Of a stretch of 64,000 nt of DNA, positions 16,913 to 26,139 are shown piece by piece. How positions within the stretch are numbered: position 1 is the stretch's first letter; each line of letters begins with the position of its first letter. The notes beneath the pieces were generated by a model. That model was not told where the DNA came from. It saw only the letters and a program-made list of their open reading frames with translations, and did not search any database. The position numbers were made by a program, and so were the translations under genes. Source of the DNA: Nitrospira sp. SB0662_bin_26 (lineage in GTDB: Bacteria > Nitrospirota > Nitrospiria > Nitrospirales > UBA8639); the NCBI GenBank assembly GCA_009840285.1, contig VXOF01000009.1, positions 3-64,002 on the forward strand, written 5' to 3'.

Positions 16913-18214
16913 TCATTCATCTTGCGTTCTTTGAAACACCGTCACCCCGCCGACCAAGGTCCGGACAACCGCACCGCGAAGTCGCCACCCGGCAAACGGG
17001 CTGTTTCGCCCCTTCGACCGAAACCGTTCCGGATCAACCGTCCATTCCATCCTTGGATCGATCAACACCACATCAGCCTGCGCACCGGCGGCCAACGTCC
17101 CGCACGATAGGCCAAGCAAACGGGCCGGGGCTGACGTCAGTTTTTCTATCATGGATTCCAGGGGCAACAGGCCCTCTTCTACCAGCCGAAGAGAAAGCCC
17201 TAAGGCCGTTTCAAGCCCGACTATTCCAAATGGAGCTTTGGACAATCCCCACTGTTTCTCATAGACGGCATGCGGAGCATGATCGGTGGCTATGGCATCA
17301 ATGGTGCCATCCTGCAACCCGTCGCGGACCGCCTGGACATCCGCATTTCGCCGGAGGGGAGGATTCATTTTCGCCAATGCGCCCTGCTCCCGCACCGCCT
17401 CTTCGGTCAGCATGAAATGATGGGGGCACGCTTCCGCAGTCACCCGAATTCCGGCGGCCTTGGCCGTTCGGACGGCCTCCACGGCATTCGCCGTACTGAT
17501 ATGCGCGATATGCAGATGACATTCCGTTGCCTTGGACAACGCGATATCCCGTTCCACCATCTTGGATTCCGCTTCAGAAGGGATGCCTCGGACTCCCAAG
17601 AGACGGGAAAGGGGCCCCTCGGCCATACATCCGCACCCGGCCAAAGACAGATCTTCGCAATGATCGATCACCGGCAGATCCAAGACCCGAGCCTCCAACA
17701 TCGCCTCTCGCATGACGGCGTGCTCCATCACGGGACGGCCATCATCCGAGACAGCCATACATCCGGCCCCACGTAAGCCCCGAAGGTCTGCCGACTCTTT
17801 CCCTTGTAATCCCTTGGTAATGGCCCCGATTGGATGTACGCGAACCAGCCCGGTAGCCTGCACACGGTCGTGGATGGTCTGGGTCACAGCAGGGGAATCA
17901 TTAACGGGATTGGTATTGGGCATGCAACAGACGGTCGTAAACCCACCGGCAGCGGCTGCAGCAGTTCCGGTCTCGATGGTTTCTTTGTACTCATAACCCG
18001 GTTCCCGTAAATGGACGTGCAGATCCACCAAACCTGGCGTCACAATCAACCCGTCGGCCTTGAAGTGGTCGGCATGCGAGGGAAGAGCCGTCCGGGGAGG
18101 CGTCACCGCAGCGATACGCCCTTGGCTGATCCAGACATCCCCCACACCATTCCACCGTCCAGGGTCGATGACCCACCCTCCTGAGATGATGAATAAGTCG
18201 GCAGGATGGTTCAG
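16913..18214 (-). CDS. pyrC: Dihydroorotase (start uncertain: CTG 18214 or TTG 18289)
   Basis: GLVDLHVHLREPGYEYKETIETGTAAAAAGGFTTVCCMPNTNP and downstream amidohydrolase motifs. There is no ATG/GTG between the ZIP stop and the conserved LFIISGGWVIDP N-terminus. Confidence 0.85.
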   Translation of the reverse strand: MNHPADLFIISGGWVIDPGRWNGVGDVWISQGRIAAVTPPRTALPSHADHFKADGLIVTPGLVDLHVHLREPGYEYKETIETGTAAAAAGGFTTVCCMPNTNPVNDSPAVTQTIHDRVQATGLVRVHPIGAITKGLQGKESADLRGLRGAGCMAVSDDGRPVMEHAVMREAMLEARVLDLPVIDHCEDLSLAGCGCMAEGPLSRLLGVRGIPSEAESKMVERDIALSKATECHLHIAHISTANAVEAVRTAKAAGIRVTAEACPHHFMLTEEAVREQGALAKMNPPLRRNADVQAVRDGLQDGTIDAIATDHAPHAVYEKQWGLSKAPFGIVGLETALGLSLRLVEEGLLPLESMIEKLTSAPARLLGLSCGTLAAGAQADVVLIDPRMEWTVDPERFRSKGRNSPFAGWRLRGAVVRTLVGGVTVFQRTQDE

Positions 18215-18222
18215 GGATCCCC

Positions 18223-19017
18223 CTAGTGCGGGAGCATGGTCAGCATGCCGATGGTCAGCATGCCGGTCAGCATCATGGCAAACGGCCAAGCCCCACTGGC
18301 CGCCCCGTGTCGGCCATGTAAGTCGGGAACCAGATCGGCAAGACCGATATACAAAAAACTGGCGGCGGCCAACGTCAGGGCATAGGGAACGATCGGCTCC
18401 GCATAGGCCAAGCCTCCAAACGCCAACACCACCCCTGCGAGGGTCGCCATACCAGACAGGGTATTGGCCCAAAACGCCTGCCACTGGGAAAATCCGCTCG
18501 ATAGCAGAATGGTGAAGTCACTCAACTCCTGCGGAATCTCATGAACCAGAACCGCCAACGTCGTGACCAGACCCAGGGCAGGGGAGACGACACAGGACAC
18601 GCCGATGGCAATACCGTCGGCAAAGTTATGAACGGCATCGCCGACCAGGATCAATGTTCCGGCTTCCCGGCGAACCATCGAGCCCTTCGCATGCCCGTGA
18701 GGCTTGAGCTCAACAGCCTCCCCGTGCGCATGGCGCCAGATCACCATCCATTCCAGAATAAAGAACAGGACCAGCCCCGCCAACAAAGCGATGCCCGCCT
18801 CATTAATCGAAATGCCTTCGAGTGCCTCGGGAAGCAGCCCGATGGTCGCGGTCGCCAGCATCGTGCCGGTCGCAAACCCCAGCAGATTCGGCATCATCCA
18901 TTGCCGCCACCCATCCGGAATAAACAGAACCAGACCGGCAGGCAATAAGGCGCCCAAGCTGCCCAGTAACCCCATCAAGATGACAAACAGCCATGTGGAT
19001 TCTTGGGGCAGGCTCAC
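18223..19017 (-). CDS. zupT: ZIP-family divalent metal (zinc) transporter, ZupT-like
   Basis: Multi-TM protein with a His-rich loop HGEAVELKPHGHAKG, plus the VHNFADGIAIG and LVHEIPQELSDF signature helices. GTG start. Confidence 0.9.
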   Translation of the reverse strand: MSLPQESTWLFVILMGLLGSLGALLPAGLVLFIPDGWRQWMMPNLLGFATGTMLATATIGLLPEALEGISINEAGIALLAGLVLFFILEWMVIWRHAHGEAVELKPHGHAKGSMVRREAGTLILVGDAVHNFADGIAIGVSCVVSPALGLVTTLAVLVHEIPQELSDFTILLSSGFSQWQAFWANTLSGMATLAGVVLAFGGLAYAEPIVPYALTLAAASFLYIGLADLVPDLHGRHGAASGAWPFAMMLTGMLTIGMLTMLPH

Positions 19018-19080
19018 GCGTTTGGTCCGATCCGGTCAGGGCCACAGACCTGACCATGATACATCGAAACCCCCTCGGTG

Positions 19081-19659
19081 TTAGCCATGTCCATGGACCG
19101 GTGGCCGTTCCTCTTTGACACGTGGCAATAATTCGGTGAGGTTGCAAGGGCGATGATCTATGTCGAGCTGGGGAAGGATGATCTGTTCCATTCCCAAGCG
19201 GCAGGCTCCGGTCGACCCCGGCAGGAGAAACACAATGGTGTCGCCGCACACCCCGGCATCCGCCCGGGATTGAATGGTAGAGGTCCGGATTTCACGGTAG
19301 CTCAGCCAGCGAAATAATTCGCCGAAGCCCGGAATCGGCTTGGAAAACAGCGAACGGACGGCCTCCGGCGTCACATCACGTTGGGTCACGCCGGTCCCGC
19401 CCGTCACGATCACGAATTCAATCGCCGGGTCCGCCACCCAGGCGGCGATCGTTTCCCGAATGGTCTCATATTCATCCGGACATAGTTTGCGGTCGGCCAC
19501 GCGATGCCCCGCGCCCATCAATCGATCGACAATGGTGGATCCACTCGTATCCGTTTCGATCGTTCTGGAATCCGAGACCGTCAAGACCGCCACCGCCACG
19601 CTGAGGCCGGCTCTCTTAAGGTCTGCTGTTGCCGTGGTTGCACCGTCTGCCTGACTCAT
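19081..19659 (-). CDS. moaB: Molybdenum cofactor biosynthesis protein B (MoaB/MogA family)
   Basis: VLTVSDSR...DTSG...[18 protein letters not shown]...[23 protein letters not shown]......F.LPGSTGAC is collinear with E. coli MoaB. Confidence 0.88.
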   Translation of the reverse strand: MSQADGATTATADLKRAGLSVAVAVLTVSDSRTIETDTSGSTIVDRLMGAGHRVADRKLCPDEYETIRETIAAWVADPAIEFVIVTGGTGVTQRDVTPEAVRSLFSKPIPGFGELFRWLSYREIRTSTIQSRADAGVCGDTIVFLLPGSTGACRLGMEQIILPQLDIDHRPCNLTELLPRVKEERPPVHGHG

Positions 19660-20351
19660 GCCATCACCTCATGGTTCGATAAGATAATCATCCGCGTGCC
19701 GACTCCGCCGTTCTCCCCGAATGACACACGCCGGACGGCCGGAATCCAGATCCCGGCCACCTCCACAAATTCGTTGACATAACTTTCCATCCCGATCACC
19801 GCCTGACCATCCAGCGAAAAGTAGGTCATCACGTAATGACTGGACGCTTGCCGGCCATCCGGGGCGGTGTCGTACCGTTCTATGGTATTCACCCGGCGTT
19901 CGGTCATGGGGGTGATGCGCCCGATTTGCGTATATTGCCGGTTCTTGAGGCGGTACCAGGACTCGAGTCGTCCTCCGGTCAACAGCACACGGCGCCCCCG
20001 GGGATGAGCACAACCGGCATCCTCTTCGGAATCGAAGGATAAGATGTAGCGGCCGTCACCATCCTCAAACGGCGAATAGGCCAAATGCATGCCCTGCGTC
20101 CACAACCGTTCACGCACCCATTCCTGTAACGCCGGATCGGTGCCCGGCAAGTCCACGGTGGTTTCTTTTCGAGGCACCAACTGAACCGTTCCCCGGATAA
20201 TCGTGCCGTTGTCGTTGAGGGTGACGTCGGCTCGATACCCGCCAAACTCTTTGGGCCACTTGTACATCCGGGCATGGGCCTCCCGAACCAGACGTCGCGC
20301 CTCGGGGTCGTCGGTCAGCTTCAGGCCGGTTGCCATTGTTGCGTCAGTCAC
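19656..20351 (-). CDS. Conserved hypothetical protein (resembles the DUF3386 family by recall)
   Basis: [32 protein letters not shown]... The start overlaps the upstream stop (GTGA) and the stop overlaps the moaB start. Confidence 0.55.
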   Translation of the reverse strand: MTDATMATGLKLTDDPEARRLVREAHARMYKWPKEFGGYRADVTLNDNGTIIRGTVQLVPRKETTVDLPGTDPALQEWVRERLWTQGMHLAYSPFEDGDGRYILSFDSEEDAGCAHPRGRRVLLTGGRLESWYRLKNRQYTQIGRITPMTERRVNTIERYDTAPDGRQASSHYVMTYFSLDGQAVIGMESYVNEFVEVAGIWIPAVRRVSFGENGGVGTRMIILSNHEVMA

Positions 20352-20668
20352 GCCGTTTCCCGCCTCTCCGATACATCGTGGCTTCCATCATCATGATGAT
20401 GTTCCCCATCCTGCGCCAGGGCTTGCACATCCGGTTGCGTGACCTCCTCCGCCGTTTTATGAATCTTGAACTGGGTCGTCTTTCCCGGCCCTTCCAAAAA
20501 CGCAATGACCGTTTCAATGGGCGGACAACCTGGCTCCCGGCACTCCAATTCGGTCACCATGACCGTGGTCTCTTCCGGCAAAGACCAGGCCGAACGAGCC
20601 CAGGATTTGATGCGATCCGCCTGATCCGGATTGATGCGGGGGCGCCCTCCTCCGAATAAATTCATCAT
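20348..20668 (-). CDS. Small 106-aa protein with an ELECREPGCPPIETV motif and an acidic His-rich tail
   Basis: Coupled at both ends (ATGATGA with the WD40 stop). C-terminal ...QDGEHHHDDGSHD. No family recognised. Confidence 0.55.
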   Translation of the reverse strand: MMNLFGGGRPRINPDQADRIKSWARSAWSLPEETTVMVTELECREPGCPPIETVIAFLEGPGKTTQFKIHKTAEEVTQPDVQALAQDGEHHHDDGSHDVSERRETA

Positions 20669-21732
20669 TTCTCTCCCACGCCTTCCACGACAAAGAGCGC
20701 CACCGTTCCGTCATCGGCGCCCACCGCCAGGCAGACATCGGTCGGACTCCAGGCCACACAGGACAATCCTCGCGACACACGCAGTTCCTGACTCACCCTG
20801 GGCTTCGCCTTCCCTGGCTCCCACAAGCAGAGCAACCCGTCTTCTCCCACCGTCGCCACCACCCGCTGACGAGGGTGACAGGCAATTGCTTGAATCCATC
20901 CCAGATGGCCGCTCAAAAGCCGGCCACTGGATCCTTCGAATTTTTTGGCCGACCACGCCACCAAATCAGGACCGGCTGCTGTCCATAAAAATTCTCCATA
21001 AGGATCGAAGACCACATGCCCGACCTTGCAGGGATAACCGGCCATATGCCAGTTCTGCCCGGTCGAGAGACTCCATAAATGGACCGACCCGTCCAAATTT
21101 CCCGCGGCCAGATACTGCCCGTCCGAACTGATTGAGAACGACAGGAGTGCCCCATCATAGGGAAACGTATTCACGGGAGAATCCATCCCGACCTGCCACA
21201 GCGTAACTCCTCCGAAACAGGAGGAAAAAATTTGGCCCGGATACCCCTTTCGCCAACAAAGATCGGATATAGAACTCTTATGATCAGAGGTCTCCCATTC
21301 CACGGAGCACCCGCCCGACTCCGACCACTTCAGGATCTGCAGGGTTTTTCCCGCGGTCATCGCCAACCGTTCGCCGCCGGACTCCCACGCCAGATGCTCC
21401 ACCCAGCCCTTTCCATCTTCAACCGGAACCACGGCACGCTCTTCCCCGGAACCGACGTCCCACACACGCCCCACTCCGTCTTCCCCGGCGGTTGCGAGAA
21501 TTTTTCCTCCGGGATGCCATCCCTCCGCCAGTACCGCGCCTTGATGGTTCGTGTTACGGAAGACACACTCCTGGGATCCCACATGCCACACCGCGACCTG
21601 GCCGCTCGCATCCGCAACTGCCAATCGGCTGCCGTCCGGCGAAAACATGACGGCATGGATGTATTCATCCAATTGAAACGTCCCGATCGACTGCAATTGA
21701 ATTTTGGCCCGAGGCCGTACTAAACGAGGCAT
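20665..21732 (-). CDS. WD40-repeat beta-propeller protein
   Basis: Repeated ...GH...V..V.FSPDG..LA....DG.V..W... units across the whole ORF. The MPRLVRP start overlaps the COG0523 stop by 13 nt. Confidence 0.8.
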   Translation of the reverse strand: MPRLVRPRAKIQLQSIGTFQLDEYIHAVMFSPDGSRLAVADASGQVAVWHVGSQECVFRNTNHQGAVLAEGWHPGGKILATAGEDGVGRVWDVGSGEERAVVPVEDGKGWVEHLAWESGGERLAMTAGKTLQILKWSESGGCSVEWETSDHKSSISDLCWRKGYPGQIFSSCFGGVTLWQVGMDSPVNTFPYDGALLSFSISSDGQYLAAGNLDGSVHLWSLSTGQNWHMAGYPCKVGHVVFDPYGEFLWTAAGPDLVAWSAKKFEGSSGRLLSGHLGWIQAIACHPRQRVVATVGEDGLLCLWEPGKAKPRVSQELRVSRGLSCVAWSPTDVCLAVGADDGTVALFVVEGVGEK

Positions 21733-22691
21733 GTCCGAAACCCTTCGACGAGCCGGTCCCGATCGAGGTTGCGCCCTATGAACACCAACTGATTCCCCCT
21801 GGTTTCTTTGGCCCTCCATGGCCGATCAGGACGCCCGTCGAACAACATATGCACGCCTTGAAATACAAAACGTTCATCCCGTCCCTTCACATCCAAAATA
21901 CCCTTCATGCGAAAAATGTCGGTGCCCATGCCCGAGAGCACGTCCCGAAGCCAATCATTCGTCCGAGCCTCATCCACCTGCCCTGGTTCGGCAATCGACA
22001 CGGAGTAGACCGACGGATCATGCTCGTGGGCTTCCTCGCCTAAAAAGTTCGGGTCGATTTCCAGTTTCCGGCCCAGATCAAAAGCCCCCACATTCAACAG
22101 GCGTTCGATGTCCAACCGGGCATCGCGGGTCCGGTAGATTTTGGTCATGGGATTGATGGCCCGCACGCGGGCCTCCAGTCGCTCCACCTCCCCTTCGTCC
22201 ACCAGATCGATTTTATTCAGGAGAATCACGTCCGCAAATGCGATCTGCTCCTTGGCTTCGGGACTGGTGTCCAGATGCTCCCAGATATGCTTGGCATCCA
22301 CCACCGTCACAATGGCATCCAGCATCAACCGGCGCTTCATATCATCGTCTACAAAAAAGGTTTGTGCGACGGGTGCCGGATCGGCCAGCCCCGTGGTCTC
22401 GATGACCATATAGTCGAACCGCTCTTTCCGCTTGAGCAAATTGGAAATTATCCGGATCAGGTCTCCGCGAACGGTACAACAGATGCACCCATTGTTCATT
22501 TCAAAGATTTCTTCCTCCGCCCCCACCACCAACTGATTATCAATTCCGACTTCACCGAATTCATTCACAATCACCGCCACCCGTTTCCCATGCTCGGTGG
22601 TCAGAATACGATTCAACAAGGTTGTCTTGCCCGCACCAAGAAATCCCGTCAACACCGTGACCGGGACTTGAGCCTGCTCTTCGACTTTCAT
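21720..22691 (-). CDS. COG0523-family G3E GTPase (short YciC/ZigA/YjiA-like zinc metallochaperone type)
   Basis: [40 protein letters not shown]4 LLNKIDLV, and a His-containing linker GEEAHEHD. The start taken is MKVEEQ. Confidence 0.9.
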   Translation of the reverse strand: MKVEEQAQVPVTVLTGFLGAGKTTLLNRILTTEHGKRVAVIVNEFGEVGIDNQLVVGAEEEIFEMNNGCICCTVRGDLIRIISNLLKRKERFDYMVIETTGLADPAPVAQTFFVDDDMKRRLMLDAIVTVVDAKHIWEHLDTSPEAKEQIAFADVILLNKIDLVDEGEVERLEARVRAINPMTKIYRTRDARLDIERLLNVGAFDLGRKLEIDPNFLGEEAHEHDPSVYSVSIAEPGQVDEARTNDWLRDVLSGMGTDIFRMKGILDVKGRDERFVFQGVHMLFDGRPDRPWRAKETRGNQLVFIGRNLDRDRLVEGFRTCLV

Positions 22692-22905
22692 ACTTGCCCC
22701 CTTTTTTGTTCGAACATTTTCCCGGCGCGACCGATCCCGCTTATCCCCGCCTCCGGAACGGGCGGTCCGTGCGATTCCTAAAACTTTTACCCTGGGACTC
22801 CCACGGGTAATGGTGAGTCTTACCCGGACGGCGAAGCGAACATGAATCGCTTCGGAACTGAAGCAAACTGGTGAGTTAAACTTAGCCGAATACACGAAAA
22901 CGGCA

Positions 22906-22918
22906 ACGAAATTTTCAT
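22906..22918. promoter_or_regulatory. AT-rich near-palindrome ACGAAATTTTCAT (candidate Fur/Zur-type box) in the 530-bp divergent intergenic region
   Basis: 10/13 self-complementary. Resembles the TGAAAAT-n-ATTTTCA class. Lies about 215 nt upstream of the COG0523 start. Confidence 0.25.
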
Positions 22919-23222
22919 GAACGGTCTAATTGTTTCCTCGATCCTCCCCTATACGGTTATGAAACAGTCTATTCTGTTTTTCTTCTCCCGGCTGCAAACA
23001 GGGGAACCTGTGCGCCCAAGAGAATGAATGAGACAGGAGAAGACATCTATTGCAAAAACGTCATGGGTTCGATAGCGGGCACGACAGCAGTTTGCGATCG
23101 ACAGACGGTTTTCCTGTAGCCCTTTCGATAGGAATGCTGCTACTATGGTTGCCGGCTGTGGGTCTAGAGTAGCAAAAAATCCAGCATTCGTTTGACCGAC
23201 GAGAACTGAAAGGGGTGGGGAG

Positions 23223-23552
23223 ATGCCGAATTTCATGCTGGCCTATTGCGGCGGAAACAAGCCGGACTCGCAGGAAGAAGGAATGGCGCAAATGGAGAAA
23301 TGGAACGCGTGGGTCAAAGATCTTGGCGATACCATCGTCAATCCGGGAACACCGTTGCCCGTTTCAAAAATTGTCACCTCAGGTAGCGTTGAAGATGATC
23401 AAGATCCGAATTCGATGAAAGGATTTGCCGTGGTCAAGGCAGAAAGCATGGAGGCCGCCGTTCAAATCGCTCAATCCGATCCGTTTTTGGAAAACGGCGG
23501 GACCATACGTGTGTCGCAGATGATGGAAATGAATGAGCAGGGCGAGTGCTGA
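23223..23552 (+). CDS. YCII/DGPF-domain protein
   Basis: MPNFMLAYCGG...W..W...LG..IV.PG.PL....V..........G...V.A.S.EAA..IA..DPFL matches the YciI-like pattern. GGGGTGGGGAG RBS. Confidence 0.65.
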   Translation: MPNFMLAYCGGNKPDSQEEGMAQMEKWNAWVKDLGDTIVNPGTPLPVSKIVTSGSVEDDQDPNSMKGFAVVKAESMEAAVQIAQSDPFLENGGTIRVSQMMEMNEQGEC

Positions 23553-23637
23553 AGAAAATATTTTGAGTTAACAAACAGATGAGGAAAAATCGCCGGGCGT
23601 TCCTCATCTCTCTAACCCTCATCACTGACAACGGAAA

Positions 23638-23738
23638 GGGGCTGGGCCCTGTGCAGCAGAATCTTGTGAACCCCGCCAGGTCCGGAAGGAAGCAACGGTA
23701 AGCAAGCGAGTCTGTGTGCTACAGGATCACCCGGCCCC
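23638..23738 (+). ncRNA. ffs: Signal recognition particle RNA (small 4.5S-type, ffs)
   Basis: CCAGGTCCGGAAGGAAGCAACGGTAAGC matches the conserved SRP domain IV (E. coli CAGGUCCGGAAGGAAGCAGCC). The 5' GGGGCTGGGCC pairs with the 3' CCCGGCCCC. Sits in the classic position upstream of dnaX. Confidence 0.8.
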
Positions 23739-23823
23739 GCTTGTGACGATCTTCATGTCGTGACCACGTGGCGGTGCCTCAAGAGATGACGTGCGGCGCT
23801 AGGTGGAGCCGAAGGAACGAGTG

Positions 23824-25752
23824 ATGGACTACCAGGTTTCCGCCAGAAAGTTTCGTCCGGGCACATTCGAAGAGTTGATCGGACAGCCGCACGTCGTGCA
23901 GACGTTACGGAACGCCATCCTTCGGCAGCAGGTTGCCCATGCGTATCTTTTTTCCGGCATGCGCGGCGTGGGCAAAACCACGGCCGCCCGGATTCTGGCC
24001 AAAGCGCTGAATTGCGGCCGGAGCGAAGCCCCGAGCGGAGCCGACGGGCCTGAGCGGAGTCCTGAGCAGAGTCGAAGGGGTCCGACCCCGGAACCCTGCG
24101 GTCAGTGCGAGAGTTGTTTGGAAATTACGCGCGGCAACTCGGTTGATGTCATCGAGATTGACGGCGCCTCGAATACCGGCGTGGACGACGTCCGGGAGCT
24201 TCGCGAAAACGTCAAATTTTCGCCGTTCCGGGGCACCTATCGGATCTACATCATCGACGAAGTCCACATGCTCTCCAATTCGGCGTTCAACGCGCTCTTG
24301 AAGACACTGGAAGAGCCCCCGCCGCACGCGGTGTTTATCTTTGCGACGACTGAAGTCCACAAAATCCCACCCACCATCACGTCTCGCTGCCAACATTTCA
24401 ACTTTCGCCGGATTCCCCGGCGGGAGATCATTGCGCGTCTCCAGGAAGTCGTGACACGCGTCGGCGTCACGATCAATGAACGAAGTCTGGGGGCGATGGC
24501 CAGGGCGAGTGAAGGCAGTATGCGCGACGCGCTCAGTCTGTTGGATCAGGCCGTAGTGTTCGGCGGCCAGTCGATTACCGAGCACGACGTGGATGAGATG
24601 CTCGGGGCCGTTCCCGACGAACTGGTGAGTCGCCTCGTGCAGACGGTCGTGACCCAAGATCCGGCCGCGGCCGTGGCCCTGGTCGGCGAGGTGGTCGATC
24701 ACGGGTACGACCTGCGGGCCTATTGCGGGGCGGTGGTGGAGCGAATGCGTCACCTGATGATTGCAGCCGTGGTGCCGGGGTTCGAACAAGCGCAGGGCTT
24801 GATGGATTTGCCGGATGAGGAGGTGAAACACTTGTTGACTGAAGCCAAGTCGTTCTCGGTGGAGCAGGTACAGGAGGTCTTTCACCTCTTTGCCCAGGCC
24901 GAAGATCGCCTGCGGTCAACGGCGCATCCCCGGTTTGTCTTTGAAGTAGCCGCCGTTCGCGCGGCGCGGTTGCTGCAGCCCGGGGCGCAGGTTACGCGGC
25001 AGGCCGAAACGGGACGGAGTCCGCAACCACAGGCTGCAAGCGCGCCGGCAGAAAAACCCCGGCCGGCGTCCGGGGCGCCGCCGTCACCGGTAAGACAACC
25101 TGATCATCGCGCAGGAACGTCAGGTCGGCCCTTCGGCTCCGCTTCCGTCGACTCCGCTCAGGACAAGCAGGGCAGGCCCCCGGCTCCCGTGTCCGGGCAG
25201 GGAGGGCGTCCCTCTCCTCTGGAGCAAAAGACCCTCGCTTCCAACGCGGCGAGCACGTCTCGCGCCGCTCGGCCTGCGGTCGAGGCCAAATCGGTGCCTC
25301 AACCGAGACCGGCGTCCCCGGGAAGTCCGCCGGCTATCCGGGAAGAAGACTGGCAGCGGGTCGTCGATTCCGTGATTCAGGATTCTCCCAACATTGGAAC
25401 CCATTTGGAAATGGGAACGTTGGTGAAAATCGAAGGCAACCAGGTCATCGTGGGGTTTCCCAAAACCGCAGCGGTGGCCTGTTCGAGAATCCAGAAAGAA
25501 GAGACCCGCGCATTGATTGCAAAGGTCTGCCAAACCGTCGCAGGGGCGAGCATTCACCTTCGGGTGGTCGAATTGACCGGAGAACCGGGCGACGGTCTCA
25601 CGATCAGACAGATGCGAACCAAACGGCGGGAACAGGATGACGAGGCCTTGTTGGAACAGGCACGAGCGAATCCCATGGTGAAACAGGCTATGGAACTGTT
25701 TGGCGGCGAAGTGGTGAAGGCCAGTCGCCCGAGTGGAAAGAAGGAGGCGTAA
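23824..25752 (+). CDS. dnaX: DNA polymerase III subunits gamma/tau
   Basis: ARKFRPGTFEELIGQ.HV...L.NA......HAYLFSGMRGVGKTT, a CGQCESC zinc module, and a Pro/Ala-rich linker. Confidence 0.92.
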   Translation: MDYQVSARKFRPGTFEELIGQPHVVQTLRNAILRQQVAHAYLFSGMRGVGKTTAARILAKALNCGRSEAPSGADGPERSPEQSRRGPTPEPCGQCESCLEITRGNSVDVIEIDGASNTGVDDVRELRENVKFSPFRGTYRIYIIDEVHMLSNSAFNALLKTLEEPPPHAVFIFATTEVHKIPPTITSRCQHFNFRRIPRREIIARLQEVVTRVGVTINERSLGAMARASEGSMRDALSLLDQAVVFGGQSITEHDVDEMLGAVPDELVSRLVQTVVTQDPAAAVALVGEVVDHGYDLRAYCGAVVERMRHLMIAAVVPGFEQAQGLMDLPDEEVKHLLTEAKSFSVEQVQEVFHLFAQAEDRLRSTAHPRFVFEVAAVRAARLLQPGAQVTRQAETGRSPQPQAASAPAEKPRPASGAPPSPVRQPDHRAGTSGRPFGSASVDSAQDKQGRPPAPVSGQGGRPSPLEQKTLASNAASTSRAARPAVEAKSVPQPRPASPGSPPAIREEDWQRVVDSVIQDSPNIGTHLEMGTLVKIEGNQVIVGFPKTAAVACSRIQKEETRALIAKVCQTVAGASIHLRVVELTGEPGDGLTIRQMRTKRREQDDEALLEQARANPMVKQAMELFGGEVVKASRPSGKKEA

Positions 25753-25754
25753 GC

Positions 25755-26078
25755 ATGTCCAAGAATCCTTTTGGCAACATGGGAAATCTGTTGAAACAGG
25801 CCCAGGCCATGCAGGAGAAACTGGGGAAAATTCAGGAGGAAGCAGCCGCGAAGACCGTCCAAGCGTCGGCCGGAGGCGGGATGGTCACGGTCACGGCCAA
25901 CGGCGGGATGCAAATCACCAACGTGGCGATCGAGCCCGAAGTCTTGAAGTCCGAGGATCCCGACATGTTGCAGGACCTCCTTGTGGCTGCCACCAATGAA
26001 GCATTGCGCAAGGCCAAGGAGTTAATGGCTGATGAAGTGAAGGGGTTGACCGGCGGGCTCGGCATCCCCGGAATGTAA
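25755..26078 (+). CDS. ybaB: Nucleoid-associated protein YbaB/EbfC
   Basis: GNMGNLLKQAQAMQEKL.K.QEE.....V.ASAGGGMV.V..NG is the typical YbaB signature. dnaX-ybaB-recR synteny. Confidence 0.9.
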   Translation: MSKNPFGNMGNLLKQAQAMQEKLGKIQEEAAAKTVQASAGGGMVTVTANGGMQITNVAIEPEVLKSEDPDMLQDLLVAATNEALRKAKELMADEVKGLTGGLGIPGM

Positions 26079-26139
26079 GGAATTGCTGATTGGGGATTTT
26101 CAAATCCACAATCCACAATCAAAAATCCACGATGCCATC

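Noticed and set aside
22692-22895. N-terminal 68-aa extension of the third COG0523 ORF, and a possible cobalamin riboswitch (because CobW-like genes often have one)
   Set aside because: The extension has no RBS and an Arg-rich composition, whereas MKVEEQ is preceded by a G-rich RBS. I could not find a B12-box or the conserved cobalamin-riboswitch core in either orientation.
22949-23236. 95-aa minus-strand ORF in the divergent intergenic region
   Set aside because: It has no RBS, it overlaps the start of the YCII-like gene, and no motif was recognised.
23824-25752. Programmed -1 frameshift site in dnaX (A AAA AAG heptamer)
   Set aside because: No such slippery heptamer was seen on reading the gene. 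Only AGAAAAACC occurs, near 25050.
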